DNA of 64,000 nucleotides from Campylobacterota bacterium (GTDB lineage Bacteria; Campylobacterota; Campylobacteria; Campylobacterales; Sulfurovaceae), in assembly GCA_034721895.1 (NCBI GenBank), contig JAYEND010000099.1:521-64520 (forward strand). The letters run 5' to 3'. A program made the translations under genes and the position numbers. The notes beneath the pieces were generated by a model. That model saw only the letters and a program-made list of their open reading frames with translations. It ran no database searches and was not told the DNA's origin. Below, piece after piece: positions 7,085 through 16,266 of the stretch (its first letter is position 1; each line of letters starts with the position of its first letter).

Positions 7085-8719
7085 ATGATCGACGTTCTTA
7101 TCATCGGCTCCGGTGGTGCAGGTCTCACCGCCGCACTCTCTGCCAAAGCCAAAGGGGCAAAAGTCCTCGTCGCAGGCAAATTCCACCCCACCAATTCTCA
7201 GACTTCCATGGCTCAGGGAGGGATCAATGCAGCCCTTGGGAATGTTGGAGAAGACTCAATAGAGAATCATATCGCCGATACCATGAAATCCTCCAGAAAC
7301 CTCTGTGATGAAACAATGGTTCGTACAATGTGCGAAAACGCGCCCGAAGCGATCAGCTGGCTTGAAGCGATCGGTGTACCTTTCAGTCGGACAGAAGAGG
7401 CGAAGATCGCGCAGCGGCAGCTGGGCGGTACCCGCAATAAGCGTGCCTGCTACAGTCAGGACTATACCGGCTTAAAAATTCTTCATACACTCTATGACAC
7501 CTGTCTCAAAGAGGGGATCGAATTTCTGGATGAGCACTACTTTCTCAACCTCATCACACAGGAGCAGGAAAATCCTAAACTTGATCCGCTGATCAAGGGA
7601 GCGACACTTCTGGAGATCGTGTCAGGAGAGGTCAAACAGATCGATGCCAAATCAGTCATCATCGCGACAGGCGGCTACTCCTCGATCTATCACGGCTTTA
7701 CGACCAATGCCTTTGGATCGACCGGTGACGGGATCTCGGCCGTGATCCGTGCAGGCGGGTATATCTCCGATATCGAGTTTGTCCAGTTCCACCCTACCGC
7801 GCTCAAAGGCTCTGCGATCCTCATCTCCGAGAGTGCCAGAGGAGAAGGAGGCTACCTGCTCAACAGCAAAGGAGAACGTTTCGTCGATGAGCTGCAACCC
7901 AGAGATATCGTCGCACGGGCCATTTACGAACAGATCGGCAATGGCGAGGAAGTTTTTCTGGATATCAGACATCTGGGAGAAGAGAAACTGATGGAGCTTC
8001 TCCCTCAGGAGGTGCATCTCTGCAAACTACATGAGCATGTCGATCCGGCCACAGAACTTATCCCCATCAAACCGGTAGCACACTATTCGATGGGCGGTAT
8101 CGATGTCAAACGCTCTCTGGAAGCAAGAGGGATCAAAGGATGTTTCGCAACAGGTGAATGCAGCAATGCGAAAGTCCACGGTGCCAACAGGCTGGGCGGC
8201 AACTCTCTTCTGGAACTGATTACTTTCGGAAAACTCGCCGGTGAAAATGCAACTGCCTATGCTACAGAAGCTGGCAACACCCCTGCAGACGATACACAGC
8301 TGAACTCTGACCGAAACTTTATCAATGGGATCTTCCATTTTACCAATCAGATCAATTTCTACGAGAAGCGTGACTTTATAGGAAAGATCTTTTATCATAA
8401 TGCCGGTATCGTCCGCAGTAAAAGCTCTCTCACTGCTGTTCTTGCCGCGATCCGCCAGATACAAAAAGAGCTCCCTTTCATGGGATTGGGAGATAAAAGC
8501 AGAGAGAATAACACTAACCTTGTCGATTTTATCGAATTTGGGAATGCTTTGGAACTCAGCGAAGTCCTGCTGGTCGGTGCCATCAGTCGCAACGAAAGTC
8601 GCGGCGCACACTACAGAGAAGATTTTCCCGAGCAGAGCGATGAACGTTATGGTGCCCATACGATCTTCTGGAAAGAGGATGGTGTCCTCTGTGCCGATTT
8701 TGAAAGGAGGTATGTATGA
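7085..8719 (+). CDS. succinate dehydrogenase/fumarate reductase flavoprotein subunit (non-classical)
   Basis: 544 aa with GSGGAGLTAAL, QFHPTA, AHYSMGG and HGANRLGGNSL. The covalent-FAD motif RSHTxxAQGG reads NSQTSMAQGG here (His replaced by Gln). Confidence 0.9.
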   Translation: MIDVLIIGSGGAGLTAALSAKAKGAKVLVAGKFHPTNSQTSMAQGGINAALGNVGEDSIENHIADTMKSSRNLCDETMVRTMCENAPEAISWLEAIGVPFSRTEEAKIAQRQLGGTRNKRACYSQDYTGLKILHTLYDTCLKEGIEFLDEHYFLNLITQEQENPKLDPLIKGATLLEIVSGEVKQIDAKSVIIATGGYSSIYHGFTTNAFGSTGDGISAVIRAGGYISDIEFVQFHPTALKGSAILISESARGEGGYLLNSKGERFVDELQPRDIVARAIYEQIGNGEEVFLDIRHLGEEKLMELLPQEVHLCKLHEHVDPATELIPIKPVAHYSMGGIDVKRSLEARGIKGCFATGECSNAKVHGANRLGGNSLLELITFGKLAGENATAYATEAGNTPADDTQLNSDRNFINGIFHFTNQINFYEKRDFIGKIFYHNAGIVRSKSSLTAVLAAIRQIQKELPFMGLGDKSRENNTNLVDFIEFGNALELSEVLLVGAISRNESRGAHYREDFPEQSDERYGAHTIFWKEDGVLCADFERRYV

Positions 8720-9429
8720 AAATCTCAATCGCGCGATTTGACAAAGCACGAGACCCTCAAAGTGCCATAATCCCCTATGAGATTCCCAAAGGGATGACAC
8801 TGCTTCAGACACTTCAGCATATCAAAGGTACGATTGACCCGACACTTACCTTCAAGGCAGGCTGCCGAAGCGGTATCTGCGGCATCTGCTCTGTCCGTGT
8901 CAATGGCAGGGAAGAGCTTGCCTGCAGCTGCAAACCTGAAGAAGGCGATCTGATTGAACCTCTGCAATATCACGAAGTCCTGCGTGATCTTGTCGTAGAC
9001 AAAAACAAAGCCAAAGAAACCCTTAGAACTGCCACCGCCTGGCTCCACCAAAGCCAGCCGGCCACTATCACCATCGAAGAGGAAAAACGCACTGAGCTGC
9101 AAAGTGACTGCATCCTGTGTGACAGCTGCTACTCTGCCTGTCCGGTCTATGCCGTCAACCCTGACTTTCTGGGGCCTTTTGCTCTGACACGCGCCTATCG
9201 CTATACGGCAGACCAACGAGAGGGTGATATCAAAAGTACGATTGACAACATTCAAACCAACGGCGTGTGGGACTGTACCCTTTGCGGAGAGTGTACCGCC
9301 GTCTGCCCGCAGGGTATTGATCCCAAGATGGATATCACACTGTTACGCGGAACCAGCAGCCAATATGGATACAGCGATCCCAACTTCTCTTCGATGAATT
9401 TTGGCTTTGACCCCAGTGGTGGATTTTAG
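8716..9429 (+). CDS. succinate dehydrogenase/fumarate reductase iron-sulfur subunit
   Basis: 237 aa with CRSGICGICSV...AC (2Fe-2S), CILCDSCYSACP and CTLCGECTAVCP. Start overlaps the flavoprotein stop (ATGA). Confidence 0.9.
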   Translation: MKISIARFDKARDPQSAIIPYEIPKGMTLLQTLQHIKGTIDPTLTFKAGCRSGICGICSVRVNGREELACSCKPEEGDLIEPLQYHEVLRDLVVDKNKAKETLRTATAWLHQSQPATITIEEEKRTELQSDCILCDSCYSACPVYAVNPDFLGPFALTRAYRYTADQREGDIKSTIDNIQTNGVWDCTLCGECTAVCPQGIDPKMDITLLRGTSSQYGYSDPNFSSMNFGFDPSGGF

Positions 9430-9439
9430 GTGAGTCCTA

Positions 9440-10402
9440 TTATCTTTTTGGCAGGGGAGTACATCCGTTACCGATCTCTTTCCGTGTAGCTCTTATGATG
9501 GATCGTATCTCAGCGTCAGCCGTCGCAGCCTGTCCGAGCAGCCCCAATGCCTCACCTGATCTACCCGTACGGCACAGAAGGTCAGCCAGATTGTTGAGCG
9601 CAAGGGGATGCCCCGGTTCAAGAGATAAGAGCTTGCGATAGCTCTGTTCCGCCTCAGCCAGATGCTGTGAATGATAATGGGCATTGGCCAATGCAAAAAG
9701 AATATCCACATCCTTCGGCCAACGCAACAGGGCACTTTGATAAGCTATGATGGCTTCATCCATCATCCCTGTTTTTTCAAGCTCGTATGCAGAGTGCAGA
9801 AATGTTTTGGATGAAGCTGATGCCGGCAGATGACCCGGCGGCAGAAGCACAATTCCCCAATTACCGCTTCGTTTCCACAATGCCGCAAATGTCGCGATGG
9901 GCAATGCTTCGTTCGGTCGATCAGAAAAATGTATCAAAATCATTCGTTTTTTTCCATCATATCCTGTCACGGGTGCGTAGTGCCAAAGTGGATACCAGGA
10001 GTAACCGCGGTTTAGCAGCACAATGACGGGATGCTGCTTGCCCAGTTCGGAGAAAAGCGCATCAAGTGTTGGCTCCAAAGGATAGACAAGCAGGCCGCTG
10101 GCCCGTGCAGTGGCAGCCAGCTCTACCTGTAGCGTACCTCTTTTTGCAGGAATCAATGTCCGTCCGTCCAACTCCTTCCGTGATAAATAGGGGACATAGG
10201 ATGTTGTTGATTGCCAATACGAAGAAATCATCTCAATTGATGTTGAACCACACAGGTCTGAGCGCGGAGAGACAAAAGGGACTTTGATATTTGACGAAGA
10301 ATAATATTTACCTGAAGGCAAAGGCTCTTTCGGCGCACAACCGCTCGTTATGATCAAAGCAGATGATGCCAACAGGAAAGAGAGGTGGTAGCTTATTCCC
10401 AC
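9440..10402 (-). CDS. lipoprotein cysteine peptidase, C39-like, with C-terminal TPR repeats (PA2778-family-like)
   Basis: 320 aa. Lipobox LIITSGC, Cys motif SDLCGSTSIEMISSYW, His motif WHYAPVTGYD, and a TPR-like C-terminus (ANAHYHSQHLAEAEQSYRKLLSLEPGHPLALNNLA). Family name is from memory. Confidence 0.7.
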   Translation of the reverse strand: MGISYHLSFLLASSALIITSGCAPKEPLPSGKYYSSSNIKVPFVSPRSDLCGSTSIEMISSYWQSTTSYVPYLSRKELDGRTLIPAKRGTLQVELAATARASGLLVYPLEPTLDALFSELGKQHPVIVLLNRGYSWYPLWHYAPVTGYDGKKRMILIHFSDRPNEALPIATFAALWKRSGNWGIVLLPPGHLPASASSKTFLHSAYELEKTGMMDEAIIAYQSALLRWPKDVDILFALANAHYHSQHLAEAEQSYRKLLSLEPGHPLALNNLADLLCRTGRSGEALGLLGQAATADAEIRSIIRATRKEIGNGCTPLPKR

Positions 10403-10403
10403 G

Positions 10404-10793
10404 TTACCGGACAGAGCGGGTAAACTTAAAGACCTTTGTAAATCCGAGAATATCGGTAATCAGCAAGACTACAAAAACAAAAACAGCGGCACCGATCAAC
10501 GTACCGACAGCGCTGCTGCCGGCTGGCAATGTCTCGATTTGATAAGCGATCTCCGATGCCTCTTCATCCGTCATCGAAGCAACCCTCTGCTCGATCATGT
10601 TCTGATCGACATCCATCTGTTCCAATATTTTGGCTACATCATCACGTGCAGTAAATTGAATGACTTTCTCTTTTGAAGAGGCCGTCACCGGCCGTTCGAA
10701 AAGTACTCCCGTGGAAGCCATCTGTGCCCATGAAACCTGAGCAAACAGTGTTATGCTTAAAATGAGTGATAAAACAAGTTTTGAAACGTTCAT
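10404..10793 (-). CDS. small secreted protein with C-terminal TM anchor (PA2779-family-like)
   Basis: 129 aa. Signal peptide ...AQVSWA, an acidic middle region, and C-terminal VGTLIGAAVFVFVVLLITDILGFTKVFKF. Its stop is 1 nt from the peptidase start. Confidence 0.5.
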   Translation of the reverse strand: MNVSKLVLSLILSITLFAQVSWAQMASTGVLFERPVTASSKEKVIQFTARDDVAKILEQMDVDQNMIEQRVASMTDEEASEIAYQIETLPAGSSAVGTLIGAAVFVFVVLLITDILGFTKVFKFTRSVR

Positions 10794-10934
10794 AGGAATC
10801 CCTTTTTATTAATTTTTGATCTCTTTTAGTATTTCTGTTAATAGATTCTAAATGTCTTAAGGTTAAATACTCCTTATTGCTGCACCAAAGAATAACCGAA
10901 TTTTAATCCGAGGAGGCTCCGAACGAGTTCTCTT

Positions 10935-11837
10935 TTAGCAATAGCCACTTATGATAAAGTCGACAACTTTATCAATATAAGCATTATGCTTATTCTCTTT
11001 GGAGTAAACGATATAGAATTTACGTGTCATCTTATAGCCTCTGAGACGTGCCTCGAACAACTCTCCGTTTTGAACCTCATCAACAATAGCATGTTTTGAA
11101 ATGATCGAAACAACCGGTGTTTCAGCATCTTTCCTGCTTTTTTTGATCATCTGAAGCACTGCGGTTGTATTGCTCACTTCACTCAGCACATTGAAGCTTT
11201 TACATGAAACACCAAGCTCTTTAAAGACGTCTGAAATAATACGCTTCGTATGGCTTCCCTCTTCACGACAGATCCATTTGAAATCATAGAGATCTTCTGT
11301 CTTCAATGTCTTGGGGATCGGTGTATTACTGAAGACGACAAGTTCATCCTCTAACCACTCTCTGTAGATCATACTATCGTCCATAACAGGTGATTCGATC
11401 AATCCCACATCGAGTTTATGATCTTTGAGCTGCTGGATAATGACATCACTGGTTTCAATACTCAGGTTGATTTCGTTACTAATCGCTTCACCAATGGTAT
11501 TGAGGCACTTTCCCGGAATAACATAATTTCCAATGGTAAAGGAGGCTCCCAGACGAAAAATAATCTCTTTATTGATGATCTTCAGAATATCTCTCTCCGC
11601 ACTATGGATTGACTTTTCAAGTTCAGAAACAACTTTATAGAACTCCTCTCCTTTTTTAGTCAATTTAATACCATTTTTTTTTCTCTCAATTATTTTTGCC
11701 GAAAGATACTTCTCGATAAACTTGATCTGTTGTGTTACTGCCGGCTGCGAAACTCCGAGTTTGGCAGAAGCTTTGGAAAAACTCCGTTCCCGGACGACCG
11801 TAAGAAATGTTTCGAGTTTGATGAAATCCTTTAGCAT
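10935..11837 (-). CDS. LysR-family transcriptional regulator
   Basis: 300 aa. N-terminal wHTH (FLTVVRERSFSKASAKLGVSQPAVTQQIKFIEKYL) plus a substrate-binding domain. Very AT-rich. Confidence 0.9.
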   Translation of the reverse strand: MLKDFIKLETFLTVVRERSFSKASAKLGVSQPAVTQQIKFIEKYLSAKIIERKKNGIKLTKKGEEFYKVVSELEKSIHSAERDILKIINKEIIFRLGASFTIGNYVIPGKCLNTIGEAISNEINLSIETSDVIIQQLKDHKLDVGLIESPVMDDSMIYREWLEDELVVFSNTPIPKTLKTEDLYDFKWICREEGSHTKRIISDVFKELGVSCKSFNVLSEVSNTTAVLQMIKKSRKDAETPVVSIISKHAIVDEVQNGELFEARLRGYKMTRKFYIVYSKENKHNAYIDKVVDFIISGYC

Positions 11838-12008
11838 TATCCTACCCTCCTTATTTTATATAATAATTCATATTTTAGTTATTGTATCTGATTATACATA
11901 AATTTCAAATAAGTATATCTTATTTGCAAAAATCAACTATTTCTACAAATATTCTACAAAATAGCTCAAATTTCAACAATATGATTGATAGGGCACCTTA
12001 AGCCAATA

Positions 12009-12030
12009 CCGTTATATATTTTTGTATACT
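12009..12030. promoter_or_regulatory. putative ModE box upstream of modE
   Basis: CCGTTATATATTTTTGTATACT contains the CGTTATATA half-site known from E. coli ModE operators plus a TATAC partner. Confidence 0.4.
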
Positions 12031-12060
12031 ACCATTTATAACAGTGAAAAACGAGGGAAT

Positions 12061-12852
12061 ATGCATAACAATATCGACGGCAGGCTCTGGATCAGCAAAG
12101 AGGAGCAGAACTTTCTGGGCAAAGGACGTATCGAATTGCTGGGGCAGATCGGTCAAACCGGTTCGATCACCAGGGCGGCCAAAGCAATGAAGATGAGCTA
12201 CAAAGCTGCCTGGGATGCGATCGATGCGATGAACAATCTCGCGGAAAAGCCACTTGTGGAGCGTTCTGCCGGCGGCAAAGGAGGCGGAGGAACACATCTG
12301 ACAGCGTATGCCAGGGAGATCATCGCAACCTATGAAGTACTACATGAAGAGCATGAGCGTTTTTTAAACAATCTCTCTTTGCGTATCAATGGAAAAAACG
12401 GACATATCCGCCTTCTCAAAAGGATGACCATGCAAGTCTCTGCACGTAACCAACTGGCAGGAAAAGTGATCAAGATACACAAAGGTGCTGTCAACAGCGA
12501 AGTGGTACTGCAGATGCAGGGCGGGGATACTGTCACTGCCATCATTACCAACGACTCCCTTGGTGCACTTGATCTGGGGATCGATACAGAACTTTTTGCC
12601 CTTTTCAAAGCAGGTTCGGTTATGATCAGTACCGATCTTGACAGCAAACTCAGCACACAGAACCGTTTTCAGGGAAAGATCAAACGTATCAGCCGCGGCG
12701 CCGTGAATGCGGAAGTGATCATTGAACTCAAGGGCGGCAATACCATCTGTTCTACGATCACACTTTCGGCACTGGATGAACTACAATTAGCTGAAAATAT
12801 GGAAACGCTTGCTTTTTGTCAAGCAAATAGTATTATTTTGGGAATGCAATAG
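12061..12852 (+). CDS. modE: molybdate-responsive transcriptional regulator ModE (HTH + two Mop/TOBE domains)
   Basis: MHNNIDGRLWISKEEQNFLGKGRIELLGQIGQTGSITRAAKAMKMSYKAAWDAIDAMNN..., followed by two SARNQLxGKV/NRFQGKI TOBE repeats. ATG 12061 is preceded by GAGGGA. Confidence 0.85.
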   Translation: MHNNIDGRLWISKEEQNFLGKGRIELLGQIGQTGSITRAAKAMKMSYKAAWDAIDAMNNLAEKPLVERSAGGKGGGGTHLTAYAREIIATYEVLHEEHERFLNNLSLRINGKNGHIRLLKRMTMQVSARNQLAGKVIKIHKGAVNSEVVLQMQGGDTVTAIITNDSLGALDLGIDTELFALFKAGSVMISTDLDSKLSTQNRFQGKIKRISRGAVNAEVIIELKGGNTICSTITLSALDELQLAENMETLAFCQANSIILGMQ

Positions 12853-12890
12853 TTATGAAAAATAGTGTATTTATCTATTTTTCAACCCAG

Positions 12891-12912
12891 CGTTATATAG
12901 AAATATATATAA
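12891..12912. promoter_or_regulatory. putative ModE operator upstream of the porin-modA operon
   Basis: CGTTATATAgaaataTATATAA is an inverted repeat TTATATA/TATATAA. It matches the A/T-rich ModE consensus (CGxTATATA-N6-7-TAYAT) and lies about 30 nt upstream of the porin start. Confidence 0.5.
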
Positions 12913-12941
12913 TTCATTCGAATAAGAAAAAGGGAGGTTAA

Positions 12942-14426
12942 ATGAAGCTTTCCTGCAAGTTTATCAGTTTGCTGACAGCCTGTCTGCTTGGGCTGTCAAT
13001 TCAGACATCGGCCCAGGAAAACAAACTTCCCAAACAAACTCTCAAAACAAACTACCAAATCATCTACAATGATCTACCTAAAAGCGTCGATACATTTGCC
13101 AAACTGTTCTCGGAAGGAAAATTTTATGGAAGGCTTCGCTCCAACACCTTCTATTTTGACTGGAAGAAGGAAGATAAAGACCGCTCCATCAATCTGATCA
13201 CAGGACTGGGTGCCTCAATAATTTACAAAAGTGCAATTTATCATGATTATGATTTTTCCCTTGGGCTTTACGGTTCGCAGGCTTTTTTCGATGACAAGAA
13301 AGACCCAATCGCCCATCTCAAACCCGGAAAAGACCTGCTGAGCCGTTATGACTATGCCAATACCGGAACCAGATCCATGGGGGTAGTCGGGCAGGCTTAT
13401 CTGCGCTACGAGGGTATCGATAAGACGAAGATCATACTGGGGCGGCAGCTCGTCGAAACCTTCTATACCAAATCGAATGACAGCAAAATGATTCCCAACA
13501 CTTTCGATGGAATCGTCGCGGAAACAAAAACGATTCCGGAGACAAAGATAAAACTGGCTTACCTTGAGAGGCAAAAACTGCGCGACCATACTCGGGCACA
13601 CTCACTCCTGATGTACGGAGATGCCAACAGTACTTCGGCCATCAAACCGCAATGGAGTGAAAATGACGATGCGGCAATGCATAGAGGATTGACCTATACA
13701 GCACTCAGAGCGGCAGGCAAACCGACAGACGCACCGCTCATCGTAGGTGATCTATATAACCATTCCATACCCGATCTGAAAATCGATGCGTCATTCTATG
13801 TCGTACCGGAATTGCTTTCGCAGGCCATGGCAGAATTCAACTATACCTTTACAGCAGGAGAGAATTTCACTATCACTCCCGGAGTACGATACATCAGACA
13901 GTTCGACAACGGTGCAGGGGCAATCGGCGGGGCATCATTCACCGGCAACTTTACCGGCTACAATGATCCTGCTTCCCTTGATGCCCAGATGATCGCAGCC
14001 CGACTGGTTGCCAGGATGGACAACTACAAATTCAATCTCAGCTACAGTTATATCTTTGACGAAGCCGACCTGATCACTCCATGGCGCGGCTTTCCCACTG
14101 CCGGATATACCCGTTCGATGATTACCTACAACTGGCGGGCCAATACCAAAAGTTACCGTTTCGAAATACAGAAAAATGCCAATAACAAAGGAGTCTATAA
14201 AGACCTGTTCATCCAGGCCTCCGTCCTCTATGTTGACGGGGACGAGAAAAAAACGGACCCGTTTATTGAAGATGAGATATTCTATTATCTGGGCTTTGTT
14301 CAGAATGTCCCGAATATGCCGTCACTTCAGTGGAGACTGCGTCTGGGGTATGCGCAGTTTCTGAATGGTGACGATAGCGACTATAACTTTTTTGATGGGC
14401 GTTTTGAGCTCAATTATCTATTTTAA
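12942..14426 (+). CDS. outer-membrane beta-barrel porin (OprD-family-like), first gene of the mod operon
   Basis: 494 aa. Signal peptide ...SIQTSAQE, alternating beta-strand pattern, and the terminal sequence FELNYLF. Family call is from memory of Campylobacterota annotations. Confidence 0.7.
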   Translation: MKLSCKFISLLTACLLGLSIQTSAQENKLPKQTLKTNYQIIYNDLPKSVDTFAKLFSEGKFYGRLRSNTFYFDWKKEDKDRSINLITGLGASIIYKSAIYHDYDFSLGLYGSQAFFDDKKDPIAHLKPGKDLLSRYDYANTGTRSMGVVGQAYLRYEGIDKTKIILGRQLVETFYTKSNDSKMIPNTFDGIVAETKTIPETKIKLAYLERQKLRDHTRAHSLLMYGDANSTSAIKPQWSENDDAAMHRGLTYTALRAAGKPTDAPLIVGDLYNHSIPDLKIDASFYVVPELLSQAMAEFNYTFTAGENFTITPGVRYIRQFDNGAGAIGGASFTGNFTGYNDPASLDAQMIAARLVARMDNYKFNLSYSYIFDEADLITPWRGFPTAGYTRSMITYNWRANTKSYRFEIQKNANNKGVYKDLFIQASVLYVDGDEKKTDPFIEDEIFYYLGFVQNVPNMPSLQWRLRLGYAQFLNGDDSDYNFFDGRFELNYLF

Positions 14427-14438
14427 AGGATACCAATC

Positions 14439-15185
14439 ATGAAAAAATACTTCTCCGTTCTTATGCTGACACTCTCTCTCCTCACAGCAGGGGAGATCAC
14501 AATCGCTGTCGCCGCCAATGTCAGCTACGCCATCGATGAACTTAAAGCTGAATTCACAAAAACAGACCCTGATACCAAACTGCAGGTCACACTGGGCAGC
14601 AGCGGAAAATTGACGGCACAGATCAAAAACGGTGCACCTTACGGACTTTTTATGTCTGCCAATATGAAGTACCCCGAGGCACTCTACAGCGACAAAATAG
14701 CCATTACCGAACCGGTTGTTTATGCGCAGGGAGCACTGGCTTATCTCAGTATAAAACCTCTGGATTATACCAAAGGGATCTCCCTGCTGACAAGTGAAAA
14801 AATCACTAAAATTGCCATCGCCAATCCCAAAACAGCACCCTACGGCAAAGCAGCAGTCGAAGCAATGAAAAACGCCAAAGTATATGATAGCGTCAAAACA
14901 AAATTTATCTATGGTGAATCGATTTCTCAAACTGTCGCCTATGCCGTCACGGCAGCCGATATCGGCTTCATCGCCAAGTCCTCACTCTACAGCTCTAAAA
15001 TGAGTCAGTACAAAGAAAATGTCAACTGGGCACCGGTCGACCCCAAACTCTACACACCCATCAAGCAGGGTATCGTACTGCTGAAATACAGCAATAATAA
15101 TAAGGAGTACCGAGCTTTTTATGACTTTGTCCTCAGCGACAAAGCCAGGATGATTTTCAAAAAATATGGATATATTGTCAAATGA
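14439..15185 (+). CDS. modA: molybdate ABC transporter substrate-binding protein ModA
   Basis: 248 aa. Signal peptide followed by ITIAVAANVSYAIDELKAEF...LGSSGKLTAQIKNGAPYGLFMSAN. Confidence 0.9.
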   Translation: MKKYFSVLMLTLSLLTAGEITIAVAANVSYAIDELKAEFTKTDPDTKLQVTLGSSGKLTAQIKNGAPYGLFMSANMKYPEALYSDKIAITEPVVYAQGALAYLSIKPLDYTKGISLLTSEKITKIAIANPKTAPYGKAAVEAMKNAKVYDSVKTKFIYGESISQTVAYAVTAADIGFIAKSSLYSSKMSQYKENVNWAPVDPKLYTPIKQGIVLLKYSNNNKEYRAFYDFVLSDKARMIFKKYGYIVK

Positions 15186-15577
15186 ACCGGATAAACGCCA
15201 TCGTTACTGCCATTGAATGTGTCGACAACATCAATATCGTCAGTTTTGAAGCAGCATACCAGCCGATGCGCATGATGGCACTTGAGCTGAATGATACGCT
15301 TGTCATTGGTTCAAAGGTCACACTGGGTATCAAAGCATCCAATATTGCTCTTGCCAAAGAGTTGAGTGGCATGCTTAGTATTTCCAATCAACTCAATGTT
15401 ACTATAGAAAGCATCAACAACGGTAAACTTCTCAGTAGTATCAAGTTTTCTTTTGCAGGCAGCCTGATCGAGAGTATTATTACCAGAGAATCAGCATTGC
15501 GGATGGATCTTCAAGCCGGGAAAAGTATCATCGCTCTTATCAAGTCGAGTGAACTCTCTATTTTGGAGGTCGGATAA
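15182..15577 (+). CDS. TOBE/Mop-domain molybdate-binding protein
   Basis: 131 aa with OB-fold TOBE-like repeats. The ATGA overlap with the modA stop and the TAATG overlap with the modB start indicate co-translation. Confidence 0.65.
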   Translation: MNRINAIVTAIECVDNINIVSFEAAYQPMRMMALELNDTLVIGSKVTLGIKASNIALAKELSGMLSISNQLNVTIESINNGKLLSSIKFSFAGSLIESIITRESALRMDLQAGKSIIALIKSSELSILEVG

Positions 15578-16266
15578 TGAATTGGAATGCATTGGATTTT
15601 AGCCCTTTCATACTTTCTTTTAAACTCGCGGGTATTACGACGCTGATTTTATTTATCGTGGCAATGCCGGTGAGCTGGTGGCTGAGCCAGACAAAATGCC
15701 GCTGCAAACCCTTTGTCGAGGCGGTCACTTCACTGCCCATTGTTCTGCCTCCCTCTGTTTTGGGATTCTATATCCTCTTTGCCCTCTCCCAAAACTCCCC
15801 CATCGGTGCCTTTTTTGAAGAGACCTTTGGCATCAGACTGGTCTTTAATTTCACCGGTCTTGTCGTAGCAAGCTGTTTTTACTCTTTTCCGTTTATGGTG
15901 CAACCGCTTCAGAGCGGCTTTGAAGCGCTCAATAAAAATATGCTCGAAGCATCCTATATCGCAGGAAAAAGCAGATTTCAAACACTGTGGCGCGTGGCAC
16001 TGCCCAATATCAAACCGGCATTGATGACCGCATTGATCGTGACGTTTGCGCATACAGTTGGTGAATTTGGAGTAGTGCTGATGGTCGGAGGTTCTATCCC
16101 GGGTGAGACCAAAGTGGCTTCGGTGGCCATTTATGAGTTTGTCGAAGTGATGGATTACGGCATGGCACATATCTATAGTGCGATCATGCTGGTACTGAGT
16201 TTTGTGGTACTGTTGGGTGTCTATCTTTTTAATCAACACCACAACAGACGTATTGGAGTGTCATAA
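15577..16266 (+). CDS. modB: molybdate ABC transporter permease ModB
   Basis: 229 aa and multi-TM, with the EAA-loop region [20 protein letters not shown]. Confidence 0.9.
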   Translation: MNWNALDFSPFILSFKLAGITTLILFIVAMPVSWWLSQTKCRCKPFVEAVTSLPIVLPPSVLGFYILFALSQNSPIGAFFEETFGIRLVFNFTGLVVASCFYSFPFMVQPLQSGFEALNKNMLEASYIAGKSRFQTLWRVALPNIKPALMTALIVTFAHTVGEFGVVLMVGGSIPGETKVASVAIYEFVEVMDYGMAHIYSAIMLVLSFVVLLGVYLFNQHHNRRIGVS

